NCBI GenBank assembly: GCA_038236695.1 | Contig: JBBRZM010000001.1 | Location: 90,430 to 154,429 of the forward strand | Origin: Acidimicrobiia bacterium | Lineage (GTDB): Bacteria > Actinomycetota > Acidimicrobiia > IMCC26256 > JBBRZM01 | Reading direction: 5' to 3' | DNA: 64,000 nt | Notes under the pieces: generated by a model | The model's database searches: none | The model's input: only the letters and a program-made list of their open reading frames with translations | What the model was told of the DNA's origin: nothing | Position numbers and translations under genes: made by a program | Part shown: positions 1 to 12,600 of the stretch, piece after piece | Layout: the number at the start of each line of letters is the position of its first letter | Position numbering within the stretch: position 1 is the first letter of the stretch

Positions 1-37
1 CCACGGTCGTGCTCCTCAATGAGTCGGTGTTGGCGGG

Positions 38-1396
38 TCAGGCGTTGGAGGAGCTGCGCACGAGCGCCAGCACCTCCGCCGTATGAGCATCGCACGCGGC
101 GCGGTCGGCTGCCTCGAGGTTGAGTCGGAGCAGCGGCTCCGTGTTGGACGGCCGGAGGTTGAACCACCAGTCACCGAGATCGACTGTGAGCCCATCGAGG
201 CGGTCTTCGGCCACTTCGGAAAAGGCGCGGGCGACGTCTTCGATCACTGCGAGCGGCTCGCGCACCCGAGTGTTGATCTCGCCCGACGCGGCATAGCGCT
301 CGAACGGCTTGCGTAACTCGGAAAGCGGCTGACTCGATTTCGAGAGCTGCTCGAGCACGAGCAGCGCCGCGATGATGCCGGAGTCGGCGCGGTAGTTGTC
401 GCGGAAGTAGTAGTGGGCCGAATGTTCGCCGCCGAAGATCGCGCCGGTCTCGGCCATCACCTGTTTGATGAACGAGTGGCCGACGCGCGTGCGCACGGGG
501 GTGCCGCCGTGCTCGCGGATGACTTCGGGAACGGTCTTGGAGCAGATGAGGTTGTGCACGACGATCTCGCCCGGGTGTCGCTCGAGGATCGTGTCGGCGA
601 GGATCGCGGTGGTGACCGAGCCCGACACGGGCTGAGCCTGGTCGTCGACAAGGAAGACCCGGTCGGCATCACCGTCGAACGCCAGGCCCACGTCGGCATC
701 GCCGTCGACGACGGCTCGTTGCAGGTCCTTGAGGTTCTCGGGCTGGATCGGATCGGCGGGATGGTTGGGGAACGTGCCGTCGAGCTCGGCGAAGAGCATC
801 GTGAGGTCGAACGGCAAGCTCGCGAAGACGGCGGGCACGATCAGGCCACCGACCCCGTTGGCAGTGTCAGCGACGACCTTCAGCGGCCGCAGCACGTCGA
901 GGTCGACGAACGACCGAACATGCGCGACGAACTGCGCCAGCATGTCGCGCCGTTCGATTCGGCCAGGCTCCTCGGCCCGTTCGATGAGCCCGTCGGCCAC
1001 GGTCGCCTTGATCTGCGCGAGCCCGGTCTCCTCACCGATCGGCGCGGCGCCGGCCCGACACAGCTTGATCCCGTTGTACTGCGCCGGGTTGTGGCTCGCA
1101 GTGAACATCGCGGCGGGTGCATCAAGACTTCCCGACGCGAAGTAACAGAGGTCGGTCGAGGCCAGCCCGAGGTCGATCACGTCCGCGCCGGCCCGGGTCA
1201 CGCCTTCGGCGAACGCGCTCGCGAGCGGCTTGGACGACGGACGAGCGTCGCGGCCGACGAGCACCTGCGCGGCACCGGTGAAGCCCACGAGGGCGTTGCC
1301 GACGCGGCGCGCGAGATCCTCGGCGATCTCGTCGGGATAAACGCCGCGGATGTCGTAAGCCTTGAAGATCGCGTCGAGGGAAGCAGCGGAAGACAC
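38..1396 (-). CDS. manB: phosphomannomutase/phosphoglucomutase
   Basis: FKAYDIRG N-terminus, catalytic TASHNP, metal loop DGDADR, GGEHSAH. Confidence 0.95.
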   Translation of the reverse strand: MSSAASLDAIFKAYDIRGVYPDEIAEDLARRVGNALVGFTGAAQVLVGRDARPSSKPLASAFAEGVTRAGADVIDLGLASTDLCYFASGSLDAPAAMFTASHNPAQYNGIKLCRAGAAPIGEETGLAQIKATVADGLIERAEEPGRIERRDMLAQFVAHVRSFVDLDVLRPLKVVADTANGVGGLIVPAVFASLPFDLTMLFAELDGTFPNHPADPIQPENLKDLQRAVVDGDADVGLAFDGDADRVFLVDDQAQPVSGSVTTAILADTILERHPGEIVVHNLICSKTVPEVIREHGGTPVRTRVGHSFIKQVMAETGAIFGGEHSAHYYFRDNYRADSGIIAALLVLEQLSKSSQPLSELRKPFERYAASGEINTRVREPLAVIEDVARAFSEVAEDRLDGLTVDLGDWWFNLRPSNTEPLLRLNLEAADRAACDAHTAEVLALVRSSSNA

Positions 1397-1448
1397 AGGG
1401 TTTTGCCTCGGGAGGAATCCTCACCGCCCGCGGGGCGGGAAGCCGATC

Positions 1449-3974
1449 CTAGCCCTCCGGGTGACCGGCCCCGTCCACGGAAACCTCGCGGCGAGGGCGT
1501 CGCCCTGGTACCCACCACACGAGGAACGCCAAGCCCCCGAGGCCGAGCAGCGTGCCGATTCGGCCGACCCATTCGGCCGTCGTGGTGCCGTAGACGAGTC
1601 GCACATGCTTCGAGGTCGGCACGACGACCATCTCGTTGGGCGTGGCCCGCCATGGCCCGTCCGCACCCGAGGCCTGCCAGTTGGGGAAGTACGACGTCTT
1701 GACCAATACCGGTACGCCGGTACGCGACACGTCGAATGAAACCGAATGATCGTCGCTGCGAATGTTGGTGACGTGCACATTCGGGAGTCGGGTTCCGAAC
1801 GGCACGCGTCGCGCACTCGTCATCGGTGCCCGCTTCCACGCGCTCGACCCGTCGGCCGTGAGTAGACGGTTGAGTGCGCCGGGGTCATTGAACCACGGCA
1901 CCGCGGCGCATTCCCACGGCGTGAACACTTCCGCGCTCGCCGCTTTCGCCGGCGGGCGCGAGCTGCCTTCGCACTTCCAGTTGGGCCCGCTCTGCACGTC
2001 GGTCATGACAACCGGCTGGTACCCGAGTGGCGCGACGAGCTGCGATTCGGCGACTTCGTACACGTTCCACCCGGAGGGAGGGATGCCGTCGATGTCGGGC
2101 ACCGAGGCCACTCGCCGTAGCGACGGGCTCCTCTCGGCTGCTTGCTTGGTCTCGGCTGACTGAGCCATGTAGTAGCGCACGCCGAGAAGCTGGAGGTAGC
2201 GCACGCCGAGATTGAAGTCATCGAACGTGCGGTAGGGCAGGCCGCGCACCGGATTCGAGGCGCTGCCATCGTGTGTGAGCGTGGCAACGGTCAGGAAGTG
2301 ATACGGCGTCGTCGCGCTGGCCTCGAAGTAGAGCCCTTCCATCGAGCCGATGCGACCATGGGTGAAGTACGGCAACAGCTCGAGCGCGAGCGTCGTGCCG
2401 TACTTGTCGATTGCGGACGACGGTTCCCACAGGGCGCGGCCGGGCGGTAGCGACGACATCGTCGCGACGATCCGCTGATACTCCGGCCACGCCTTCGCGA
2501 CTCCCTGCGCCTTGCCGGTCGTGTCCTCGTAGCCGGTGTAGTTCCACTTCACCCAGAACGGCAGGAAGCCGCGCGTCTGGTCGACGCGCACGAGCGCGAC
2601 AGTGGCGAAGAGTGCGACGAGGATTGCAATCGTGACCGCGCGCACCATCCGTGGGGACGGCGGCGCAGCGAGACCCCGTCGCCCCGCATCCTCGATCCGG
2701 GTGTGACGCGCGTGGTCGTCCTCGCCGTCCTCATCATCCGGATCATCCGGGCCCCACCATTGCGTCTCGACGCTCTGTACTGCGAACGACGCAAGTCCTC
2801 TGATGATCTCCGTCGCGCCCAACGCCGCGAGCAGGAACAGCCCCAAGTACCAGAACGGGACCAGACGAAGGTTCCACGCCGGGCTGTTCGACACGTCGTA
2901 CCAGAAGCGGAACAGCAGGCCGGCGAGCACCGTGATCGCGGCGACGGAGAGCGTCGAGCGGCGCCCCTCGACGAATCCGCCGATGATGGCCGCGGCGATG
3001 AACGGCAACAGCCACAAGAAGTACCCCGGGAAAAGGTACGCGACATAGCGGTCGATGGGTTCGTAGCGCATGTCGGTCGTGTAGCCCAGCGTCGCGACGA
3101 GCGGCACGCTCCAGACCGCAGTGAGCAGGGCGCCCACCGCGCCGACGGCGGCGAAACGCCAAAGTTTCGGGATCGGGTCACGGCGCGTGAGCCAGATCAG
3201 GACCGCGGCGAGCACGGCGAAGATCGCGACCACGAGATGCGACATGACCACCGCGGCCAACAGCACCGCGGGCAGCCACGATCGCCGTCGATGGTCGAGC
3301 GTCCATGCCATGGCTCCGAGAAAGAACAACGCAAGCGCGAGCGCGAGCGCGAACGAGAACTCGCCCGCGAGGTTGCTCGGGAGGTTGCCACCCATGATGT
3401 GCTGGTTGAAGGCGATGGACTGCGCGTCTTGCGGGCGGGGGCTGCCTTTGAAGAACAGGAACACGGTCGCGGCGACGGCGAACAGCGGCGGCGCCGGCCG
3501 CGGCGCGCGTATCCCCCGCGCGAACGAGTACGCGGCAATCGGCAGCGCGACCGGCCCCATCGCGGTGACGAGCTTGAACGCGATGTTGTACGGCATGACA
3601 AGATTCAGCGCGACGACCAGCAGCGCCGGCAATGGGAAGTAGAACTGCCCGGCCGGGAACCCGCCGTACCAGTCGGGCGACCACCCGGCGAGGCGCCACG
3701 GCAGCAAGTGGTCGCGGAGATAGGCCGGCCACCACACATGCGCGCCGGTGTCGCCACCCGCGGTCGTGGTGTCACGCAACAAGAGGCGGGGCTCGAGCTG
3801 CCAGAGCACGTATGCGGTGCACGCGAGAACGACTGCGACGCCTATCCACCACTCGACACGCTCGTACCAGGCCCGCTCGGGCCGATCGGGCGCCACCGCG
3901 TCGAATCGGTCGGGGAGCGTTGGTTCGAGATCGCCCGACGACGGCTCGCTCAGCGGCTGCTTCGTGCTCACCAT
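1449..3974 (-). CDS. large polytopic membrane protein, PTPS-related/YfhO-like (probable GT-C glycosyltransferase)
   Basis: 841 aa; GGDTGAH and WSPDWYGGFPAGQFYFP motifs, many TM segments, C-terminal SYFPNW domain. Confidence 0.75.
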   Translation of the reverse strand: MVSTKQPLSEPSSGDLEPTLPDRFDAVAPDRPERAWYERVEWWIGVAVVLACTAYVLWQLEPRLLLRDTTTAGGDTGAHVWWPAYLRDHLLPWRLAGWSPDWYGGFPAGQFYFPLPALLVVALNLVMPYNIAFKLVTAMGPVALPIAAYSFARGIRAPRPAPPLFAVAATVFLFFKGSPRPQDAQSIAFNQHIMGGNLPSNLAGEFSFALALALALFFLGAMAWTLDHRRRSWLPAVLLAAVVMSHLVVAIFAVLAAVLIWLTRRDPIPKLWRFAAVGAVGALLTAVWSVPLVATLGYTTDMRYEPIDRYVAYLFPGYFLWLLPFIAAAIIGGFVEGRRSTLSVAAITVLAGLLFRFWYDVSNSPAWNLRLVPFWYLGLFLLAALGATEIIRGLASFAVQSVETQWWGPDDPDDEDGEDDHARHTRIEDAGRRGLAAPPSPRMVRAVTIAILVALFATVALVRVDQTRGFLPFWVKWNYTGYEDTTGKAQGVAKAWPEYQRIVATMSSLPPGRALWEPSSAIDKYGTTLALELLPYFTHGRIGSMEGLYFEASATTPYHFLTVATLTHDGSASNPVRGLPYRTFDDFNLGVRYLQLLGVRYYMAQSAETKQAAERSPSLRRVASVPDIDGIPPSGWNVYEVAESQLVAPLGYQPVVMTDVQSGPNWKCEGSSRPPAKAASAEVFTPWECAAVPWFNDPGALNRLLTADGSSAWKRAPMTSARRVPFGTRLPNVHVTNIRSDDHSVSFDVSRTGVPVLVKTSYFPNWQASGADGPWRATPNEMVVVPTSKHVRLVYGTTTAEWVGRIGTLLGLGGLAFLVWWVPGRRPRREVSVDGAGHPEG

Positions 3975-4180
3975 GCGCAGCTCAACATGCGATCTTCATC
4001 ATGCGGGGGCAATCGGGTGGGCTACAGGGGCGCGAGCGGCAGGACAAACCTGCTCAGCATGCCAGCACGCGGGCGATCGACAGTGTCGCGCTTGCGAGCG
4101 CCATCGACGCGACGGGCCAACAACGGTCGCGCGAAGGGTCTTGCTATGCCGTCAGGGCGCGCACAAACGGTGGGGCGAAA

Positions 4181-4348
4181 CTAGGTGCAACGAGCGAGCT
4201 CCAGCAGATGGGCCAGCGAGATCTGCCCTTCCGCGGTCTCCCATGCCTGCGAATCACAGCGCGCACAACGGCGGAACGTCACATCGGACGCCCCCACGCG
4301 CATGCGAATCTCGACAATGGATGCCTTGGCACACATCGGACAGCGCAT
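4181..4348 (-). CDS. small zinc-ribbon protein (55 aa)
   Basis: MRCPMC...CARC (two CxxC); strong RBS GGGAGGT at 4359-4353 before ATG 4348. Confidence 0.7.
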   Translation of the reverse strand: MRCPMCAKASIVEIRMRVGASDVTFRRCARCDSQAWETAEGQISLAHLLELARCT

Positions 4349-4380
4349 ACCGACCTCCCAGTCGTAACTCTCCGGATCAG

Positions 4381-4408
4381 TCAACGACACAAGCCGCGAA
4401 AAACTTGA
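4381..4408 (-). promoter_or_regulatory. possible sigma28/WhiG-like promoter
   Basis: TCAA-N16-GTCGTTGA resembles TAAA-N15/16-GCCGATAA. Confidence 0.3.
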
Positions 4409-4449
4409 GCGCTGAGGGCACAAAAGGCCGAATGCCGGCGGTCAGGGAC

Positions 4450-5184
4450 TCAGGAGCCGAGCACGAGCAACGTCAACGTGAATGCGTTGAATCCGACGTG
4501 CAACAGGATCGAACGGGACAGGCTGCCGGTGCGCACGGCCTGATATCCCGACACGATCCCGAGCACGAAGAAGGCGGGCACCCCGGCAATGGCGCTGAAA
4601 TCGAGGAGCGGGTGCACGATCGCGAACGTGAGCGCGGAGCCGAACACCGCCCAGGCGATCGTGGTGCGGCGAGCGAGCGCTCGCAGCAACACGCCGCGAA
4701 AGAGCAGCTCCTCAACGATGGGCGCGACGAGGCCGACGCCGAGCACGTACAACGGCACCTCGATCGCGCTCGCGTGCTGGAACTGGCGCACCACACCTTG
4801 GGTCTCTTTCTGGAAATGGGCGATCGGCGCGAGCAACACAATGGTGAGGAGCCCGAGGCCCATGCCCGCGAAGAGCCATCGCCAGTCGGCGGCACGAACG
4901 CGCAACCCGAAGTCGCCTGCGAGCGTGCCGAGCCCCTTGTGCAGACTCGCCCACCACAACCAGCCGACCGATGCCGCCTCCTGTGCCGCCAACGTGATCA
5001 GGAGCACCCACACCGGATAATCGCTCACACGCTTCGGCACACCGCTCGTCGCGGCGAGGACCGAGAGGGCGATCTCCGTTCCGATCAATGCGGCGAGCAG
5101 CCCCAAGAGCCACGCGATCAACGCATCGGGGACTCCCCACGCGACCCGCGGGCGCGGTTGGTGCAGCGGTAGGGGCCCAGTCAC
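4450..5184 (-). CDS. CPBP (CAAX/Abi) family intramembrane metalloprotease
   Basis: EELLFRG, FAIVH and HVGFN motifs, multiple TM helices; GTG start overlaps upstream TGA. Confidence 0.85.
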   Translation of the reverse strand: MTGPLPLHQPRPRVAWGVPDALIAWLLGLLAALIGTEIALSVLAATSGVPKRVSDYPVWVLLITLAAQEAASVGWLWWASLHKGLGTLAGDFGLRVRAADWRWLFAGMGLGLLTIVLLAPIAHFQKETQGVVRQFQHASAIEVPLYVLGVGLVAPIVEELLFRGVLLRALARRTTIAWAVFGSALTFAIVHPLLDFSAIAGVPAFFVLGIVSGYQAVRTGSLSRSILLHVGFNAFTLTLLVLGS

Positions 5185-5306
5185 CGCTCGCCGACGGCGG
5201 GATCGATCCACACGGCCCGTGCGCCGTAGTCGTAGGTCAACGACGCGGCGGGGACGCGCGCGCAATCGGGGCGGGCGCAGCGACGGCGGGGGACCTCGGG
5301 CTGCAT
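5181..5306 (-). pseudogene. truncated DUF3499-like ORF (41 aa)
   Basis: Own translation MQPEVPRRRCARPDCARVPAASLTYDYGARAVWIDPAVGER*; resembles the DUF3499 N-terminus; C-terminal half absent. Confidence 0.55.
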
Positions 5307-5395
5307 GGAGCGGCCACCCTACCGGCCGCCCTGATCGGCGCCGGGATGGGCCGTGTCACACCACCATCGAAGGACGCCGCTGCGCGAATGAAACG

Positions 5396-5450
5396 AAAAA
5401 AAAATGCCCCCCGGAGTGACCTACCTTGCGGTTGGCCCCTCCGGAGGACG
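5396..5450 (-). ncRNA. candidate small hairpin RNA or leader terminator
   Basis: 20-position stem (18 pairs incl. 3 G-U, 2 mismatches) with GCAA tetraloop and U9 tail, directly after a sigmaA-type promoter. Confidence 0.55.
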
Positions 5451-5456
5451 TACATC

Positions 5457-5485
5457 AACCTATACCTCTTTCCCGCGACGGTCAA
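5457..5485 (-). promoter_or_regulatory. sigmaA-type promoter
   Basis: TTGACC (5485-5480), 17-nt spacer, TAGGTT (5462-5457). Confidence 0.6.
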
Positions 5486-5580
5486 GGTCCGCGTGGGAAT
5501 CTTGCTCGCGCCCCGTACGATGGTGTCCCTTACGCGGGTGCGCCCGCGCCGTCCATGAGCCATCAGGAGCCTGATCGTCG

Positions 5581-7668
<2,088 letters not shown>

Positions 7669-7692
7669 GCAGCACCACCCCCGACAGAGGTC

Positions 7693-8160
7693 TCAGGCGC
7701 GCCGCTCCGGGAGGATCTCGCGGCCGAGATCGGGTTCGGGTGTGCTGCCGGGCGCGCGGAGCTCGGCGACCGCGGCCCACACGTCGGTGGCGGTGGCACT
7801 GCCGACGAAGGCGCGTCGCACCACGCCCTCGGCGTCGGCCACGAGGAGCATCGGGAGTCCGGAGATCGCGTAGCGCTCATGCAGGTCGCGGCGCGTCTCG
7901 TCGGCGATGTCGCACGTCACGACCGCTGCGCATTCGAGCACCACCATCTTGTCGGCCATGCCCGCGCACGAGTCGCACCGCGTCGACGAGAACAGCGCGA
8001 CGAGCCAGGGCGCGTCGGGACGCGGAAAGTCGGCGCGATCGAGTTGCGCCGGCACCGGATAGGCGTCGCGTGCCGGCGGCGCGGCGCGGCGACGCTCCAA
8101 GACGAGCGCAACGATCACGGCCACGACGATGAACCCGGCGGCCAGGGCGACGCGCGCCAT
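7693..8160 (-). CDS. membrane-anchored thioredoxin-like protein
   Basis: N-terminal TM, CDSC motif, GLP cis-Pro-like loop; GGAG-containing region upstream of ATG 8160 not on coding strand, start inferred from TM position. Confidence 0.7.
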   Translation of the reverse strand: MARVALAAGFIVVAVIVALVLERRRAAPPARDAYPVPAQLDRADFPRPDAPWLVALFSSTRCDSCAGMADKMVVLECAAVVTCDIADETRRDLHERYAISGLPMLLVADAEGVVRRAFVGSATATDVWAAVAELRAPGSTPEPDLGREILPERRA

Positions 8161-8170
8161 CAGGAGCTCG

Positions 8171-9640
8171 CTACGTGGGCCATACGATGCCGGGACTGAT
8201 CGTGACCGCGGTCGGCGCGAACCCGGCACGCGCCACGTCGACCGGACGGTCGGCGTGCACGACAACCGCGGCATCGGCAGGCACGGTGTCGGCGGACAGC
8301 GCGAACACGGCGCGCTTGCCCGCCGGCACGGCGACGCGCTGCAACGCCGCCGGCCGACGGCTGTTGCCGCCGCTCAGCACTTCCACATCAAGACGCGCGC
8401 GGTCGCGCCCGAGGTTGTTGATGATCAGCTCATCGTCAGCTCCGGTGACGCGTCCGACAGCGACCGCCCATCGCTGCGCCGGCTGCGGCACTCCCAGCGT
8501 CGCGGCGAGACCGGCGGTGCGTGCGGGTGCCGTGAAGGTCACCAGCTGCTCGGCAACCACCGGGCCCCCGGACAGAACGCGGATCACCGTCGAGAAGCCG
8601 GTGCCCACCGGCACGCGCTCGGCCGCGTTCGCGACGACGACCGACCGCGCGGGCACAGTCACCGGCCGAGGGCTCAGCGTGATGACACCGACCAGCTGTG
8701 TCTCGAGCGAGACCGTCGCCGGGGCGGTGCCAAAGTTGGCGATCGCGATCGTGTCCTGTATTCCGGGTTTGGCGTCGCCGTACGGAAACGTCCACACCGC
8801 CGCCCCACCCGTCGCTCCCAACGACGCCGCGATCCCCTTCCGGCCGTCGGGCGTGTTGTCGATCTGCGAGCTCTCGGCCACGGCCCTGCCGGAACGCACG
8901 TCGACGTGCGCCGCGAGCTGCGCGCGCCGATCGAGCTGGTCGTTGACGCGGACGGTCACCCGGGAGTGACGCGCGACGACCAGGCCTTGCAGCGGTCCCG
9001 GCGCCTCCGGGCCGGTATCGGTCACGAAGCCGACGTCGACGATGGCGTCGTCGGGGAAGGGGTTGAACAGCGCGAGGAACAGCTGCTCACCCTTGCCGGT
9101 GCTGCCGGCGGCGAAGTTCCACGACGTCGCCGGTTGACGCGCGCACGGGCCGGTGGCGAGCTCGGCACCGGCCCGCAGCTCGTGCTCCACCACGACCGAC
9201 GGGCTGTATGCCTGCACGATCACACCGGGCTCGGCGGTCACAACCAGATCTGCGACGTGCACCCTGGCCTGCGAGTAGGGCTCGAGCTGCACCCGTTTGG
9301 TCACCATCGCCGGCTGTGCGCCCCCGACCACCTGTACCACGGCCGTCGTCCGGCCGGAGCCGAGGTTGGCGATGATGACGGTCTCGTCGGCACGCCCACC
9401 GGGATTCGAAGTGCCCTCAGCGCAGTACCACGCAGCCGCGACCGTGCCCGCGGGTGCGGCCGTCGGTGCACCGGCGGACGATGCGTTTCGTTCGCCACCG
9501 GCACCCGCGTTGCTCGCGCCCTGGTCGAGGGTCACCGCGAGCAGCAACACCAATACGATCGGAAGAAGCAGCAGCCACCGTCCGCCGACGGGATTCCGCC
9601 GTTCGACGATGGCGTCGCCCGCCGGATCCGCGGCCGTCAC
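8171..9640 (-). CDS. DUF5719-family secreted/membrane-anchored protein
   Basis: N-terminal TM, WYCAEG, WNFAAGST, LALFNPFPDDA; GTG overlaps GT2 stop. Confidence 0.7.
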   Translation of the reverse strand: MTAADPAGDAIVERRNPVGGRWLLLLPIVLVLLLAVTLDQGASNAGAGGERNASSAGAPTAAPAGTVAAAWYCAEGTSNPGGRADETVIIANLGSGRTTAVVQVVGGAQPAMVTKRVQLEPYSQARVHVADLVVTAEPGVIVQAYSPSVVVEHELRAGAELATGPCARQPATSWNFAAGSTGKGEQLFLALFNPFPDDAIVDVGFVTDTGPEAPGPLQGLVVARHSRVTVRVNDQLDRRAQLAAHVDVRSGRAVAESSQIDNTPDGRKGIAASLGATGGAAVWTFPYGDAKPGIQDTIAIANFGTAPATVSLETQLVGVITLSPRPVTVPARSVVVANAAERVPVGTGFSTVIRVLSGGPVVAEQLVTFTAPARTAGLAATLGVPQPAQRWAVAVGRVTGADDELIINNLGRDRARLDVEVLSGGNSRRPAALQRVAVPAGKRAVFALSADTVPADAAVVVHADRPVDVARAGFAPTAVTISPGIVWPT

Positions 9641-12600
9641 GCCGGCACCTCATTCGCGGCTCGGCGCGCGGCGCGCCGGCTGCGTCGCCAGAGCGCGACG
9701 AAGCCGGCCCACAGGAGCAGCTGCACGAGGATCGCGAGTGCTCGTTGCCACTGGCCGCCGTACGTGATCGCGGTTGGCCCCCGCTTCGGGAGCACGAATC
9801 CGTTGACCACGCCGAACGGTTTCACGTGCCGCAGACTCTGCCCGTTGGCGGTGGCATGCCACCGGCCGTCATACGCCTGGCTCCACAGCACGGTGCCGGG
9901 CCCGGCCGCGCCGCCGTCGCTCGGTTGCCCAGTGATCGGTTTCGCGCCCGCGACGTCGGTGCGCGAGGCGGCAACCGCCGGGTCGGGTGCGTCGAGCGCA
10001 AGCGCGGCACCCGGCGGCGCGACGCTGCGCGCCGGCACCCAGGCGATGTTCTCGTAAAGCGTGACACCGGGATCCGACTTCAAGACTGAGAGGTCGAGTT
10101 GCTGACCGAGCGCCGGCGCGATCCCGGCCGGCGCGGGCACAAGTTGACCACTGTCCGGCCCGCGACGCTCCGGCACCGCGATGTAGCGGACGCCCATCGG
10201 CGCGACGAGGTGACCGAGCCGGTTCGTGCGACCGGTCGCGACAAGATCGACGGCCGTACCCAGGAGCCGATCCGCGCGTCGTTCCGGGGCGCGCCACAAC
10301 CCGAGCGCGTCGACCGCGCCGTTGGTCGTCAGCAGGTAGCCAACCCCGTCGCCCCGCACGGCGGGGTCGAGCGGCAGGACGGACGGGTCGCCCACCCACA
10401 GCACGCGAAAGTCCCCGTCGGCCTGTTGCGGCTGCAGCACAGCGAGCGATCGTGGCCAGTCGTTGGCCGGAGCATGCCAACGACCGTCGAGCGAGTCGGC
10501 GGCGAACCCGAGCGTGGTCAAGGTGAGTGCGACCGCGGCGAACACTCCGGCGGGTTGGCGCCAGCCGAAGTGGAACCGCGTCAGCCCTTCGCCGAACGCG
10601 TCCGCGCCCAACCCGATCGCGAGCGCGATGCCGAGCGCCGCGATCGTGAGGCCCACTTCCGGTGCGGGCATCGACACGTGGCCGAAAAAGCGGCCCGGCA
10701 CCCAGACGAGCGCCCAGCCCAACAACGCGAGTGCCCACGCGCGCGCGGCCCAGGCGAGCCGCAACCGGCTGCCGATCACGAGCACCAACGCGCCCGCGAT
10801 CAACAGGCCGTACGCGGCCAGTCCCGAACCCGACGGCCCGGATTGGAACCGGAGCACCGCCCCGACATCGAGATGAGATCGAAACGCCACACCCAGGGCG
10901 GCGCCGTCGACGCCGGGATGCAACATCGCCGCCGACCACGGCAGCAGCAGCACGAGTGCGCCCAGCCCGCCGAGGACGGCCACGCCGACCGCGCGTCGAG
11001 CCAGTTCTACGCCGTCGAGCGCGAGCGGCACTGCGAGCACGAACGCGACCGCGGCGACGACTGGAACGAGGAACGCGAGCGGATACCACGCGCTCACCAG
11101 TGCCGTCACGGCGACGAGCGCGAGCAGCGGGCGGGGATCGCGCGCCGCACGATCGGACTGGCGCGCCGACCGCGGTGCGGTCTCGCGACCGACATCGGCG
11201 GCGCGGAGCATGAGCAACACGAGGAATGGCGTGAGCGCGTAGAACACCAGTGGACCCAGCCGCCCGTTGGCCAACGCATTGCGTGACACCGGGTTGACCA
11301 CGTACGCGAGACCGGCCAGCACTGCAGACACTCGTGACTGCACGATCGGGCGCGCGAACCGGTAGGCCGCAATCCCGCCGAGCGGCAACGCGCCAACGAC
11401 CACGAGCGTGCGCGCCAGACCGACCGCACCGAGGAGCACGGTACCGAGCGCGCTCATCACCAGGAGCGCAGGCGGCGCGGGAGTCGACGAACCCATGCCC
11501 GTGTACCGCCAGCCCGAGCCGAAGGTGTCGAGCAATGACCCGACGCCCGGCCACGCGGCGAGCGAGCCGACCTCGGGCACGCGCGTGAAGATCAGCTCGC
11601 GTGAGCCGATTAAGCCGAGGACGGCCACGACGCACGCCGCGACGGTGATCGGCTGGCGTAGACCGCTCGACGCTTCCTCCACCCACGTGCGGCCCGCATC
11701 GCCGATCGATCGGATCCGCTCGCGCGCCCCCGTGCTTTCGGCCAGAAACGCGCGTAGCCGTGCGTTGCCGCGGGCTTGCAACTCGTGCAGGTCACGGTCG
11801 TGGATTCGCCGGAGCGCCTGGGCGCGCTTGCGGCTCTCGCGCACCTCGCGGGAGTGCCGCAGGTTCCACGACCATGCGCCCAGCACCGCACGCGCCCGCG
11901 CCCGGCGACGCGTGAACGTGAAGATCGCGGCTTCGACGAGCGCCACGAGCAAGCCCATCGGCACCAGCCACGCCAGCCGCCGCTTCGAGTACGACGTCAG
12001 CAGCACCCGCACGCGCGTGCGCGCGACGTCAGCGAGCTCGGCCTCGTCGCCTTCCCCCCGCTTGACCGAAGCCTCTCGGTGTCGAACCCTGGCGTCGGGA
12101 GCGACGAGCACGCGTGCGCCTGCGAGCCGAGCACGCCAGCAGAGATCGAGGTCCTCCGAGCCGGGGAACGTGGCGGGATCGAATCCACCGAGCTCGGCGA
12201 AAAGATCCGCGCGCACGAGCAACGCGGCACTCGACACGTAGAAGACGTCGCGCACGGCGTCGTGCTGCTCCTGGTCGAGCTCCCCCGGCTCGATGCCGGT
12301 GTGGGAACCGCCGAACCTGTCGACGGACCGCCCGACCTCGAGGAGGATCTCGGGGTTGTCGGCGTCGACGAGCTTCGGGCCGACGATGCCGGCATTGGAG
12401 CGGTACGCCTCTTCCAGCATGATCCGGATCGCACCCGGGTCGAGGACGACGTCGTCGTGACACAGGAAGAGGAAGGTGGCGCCCTCGACCGTCACCAGTG
12501 CCTCATTTGCCGCGCCTGCGAAGCCGACGCGATCGCCCAGGCGTTTCACGTAGGCGCCCGGCAATACGTCGGCGATGCGCGGCGTTGGGTCCTCGTCGGA

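Noticed and set aside
1-37. Minus-strand GAGGAG RBS and GTG at 4-2
   Set aside because: Probably the start of the next gene, but only one codon lies in the window, so no call is possible.
3975-4180. About 200-bp intergenic region as a riboswitch
   Set aside because: No recognisable aptamer consensus, long stem or terminator.
5396-5450. Hairpin as SRP (4.5S) RNA or tRNA
   Set aside because: Lacks the SRP CAGG..GGAA..AGCA core and any cloverleaf; too short.
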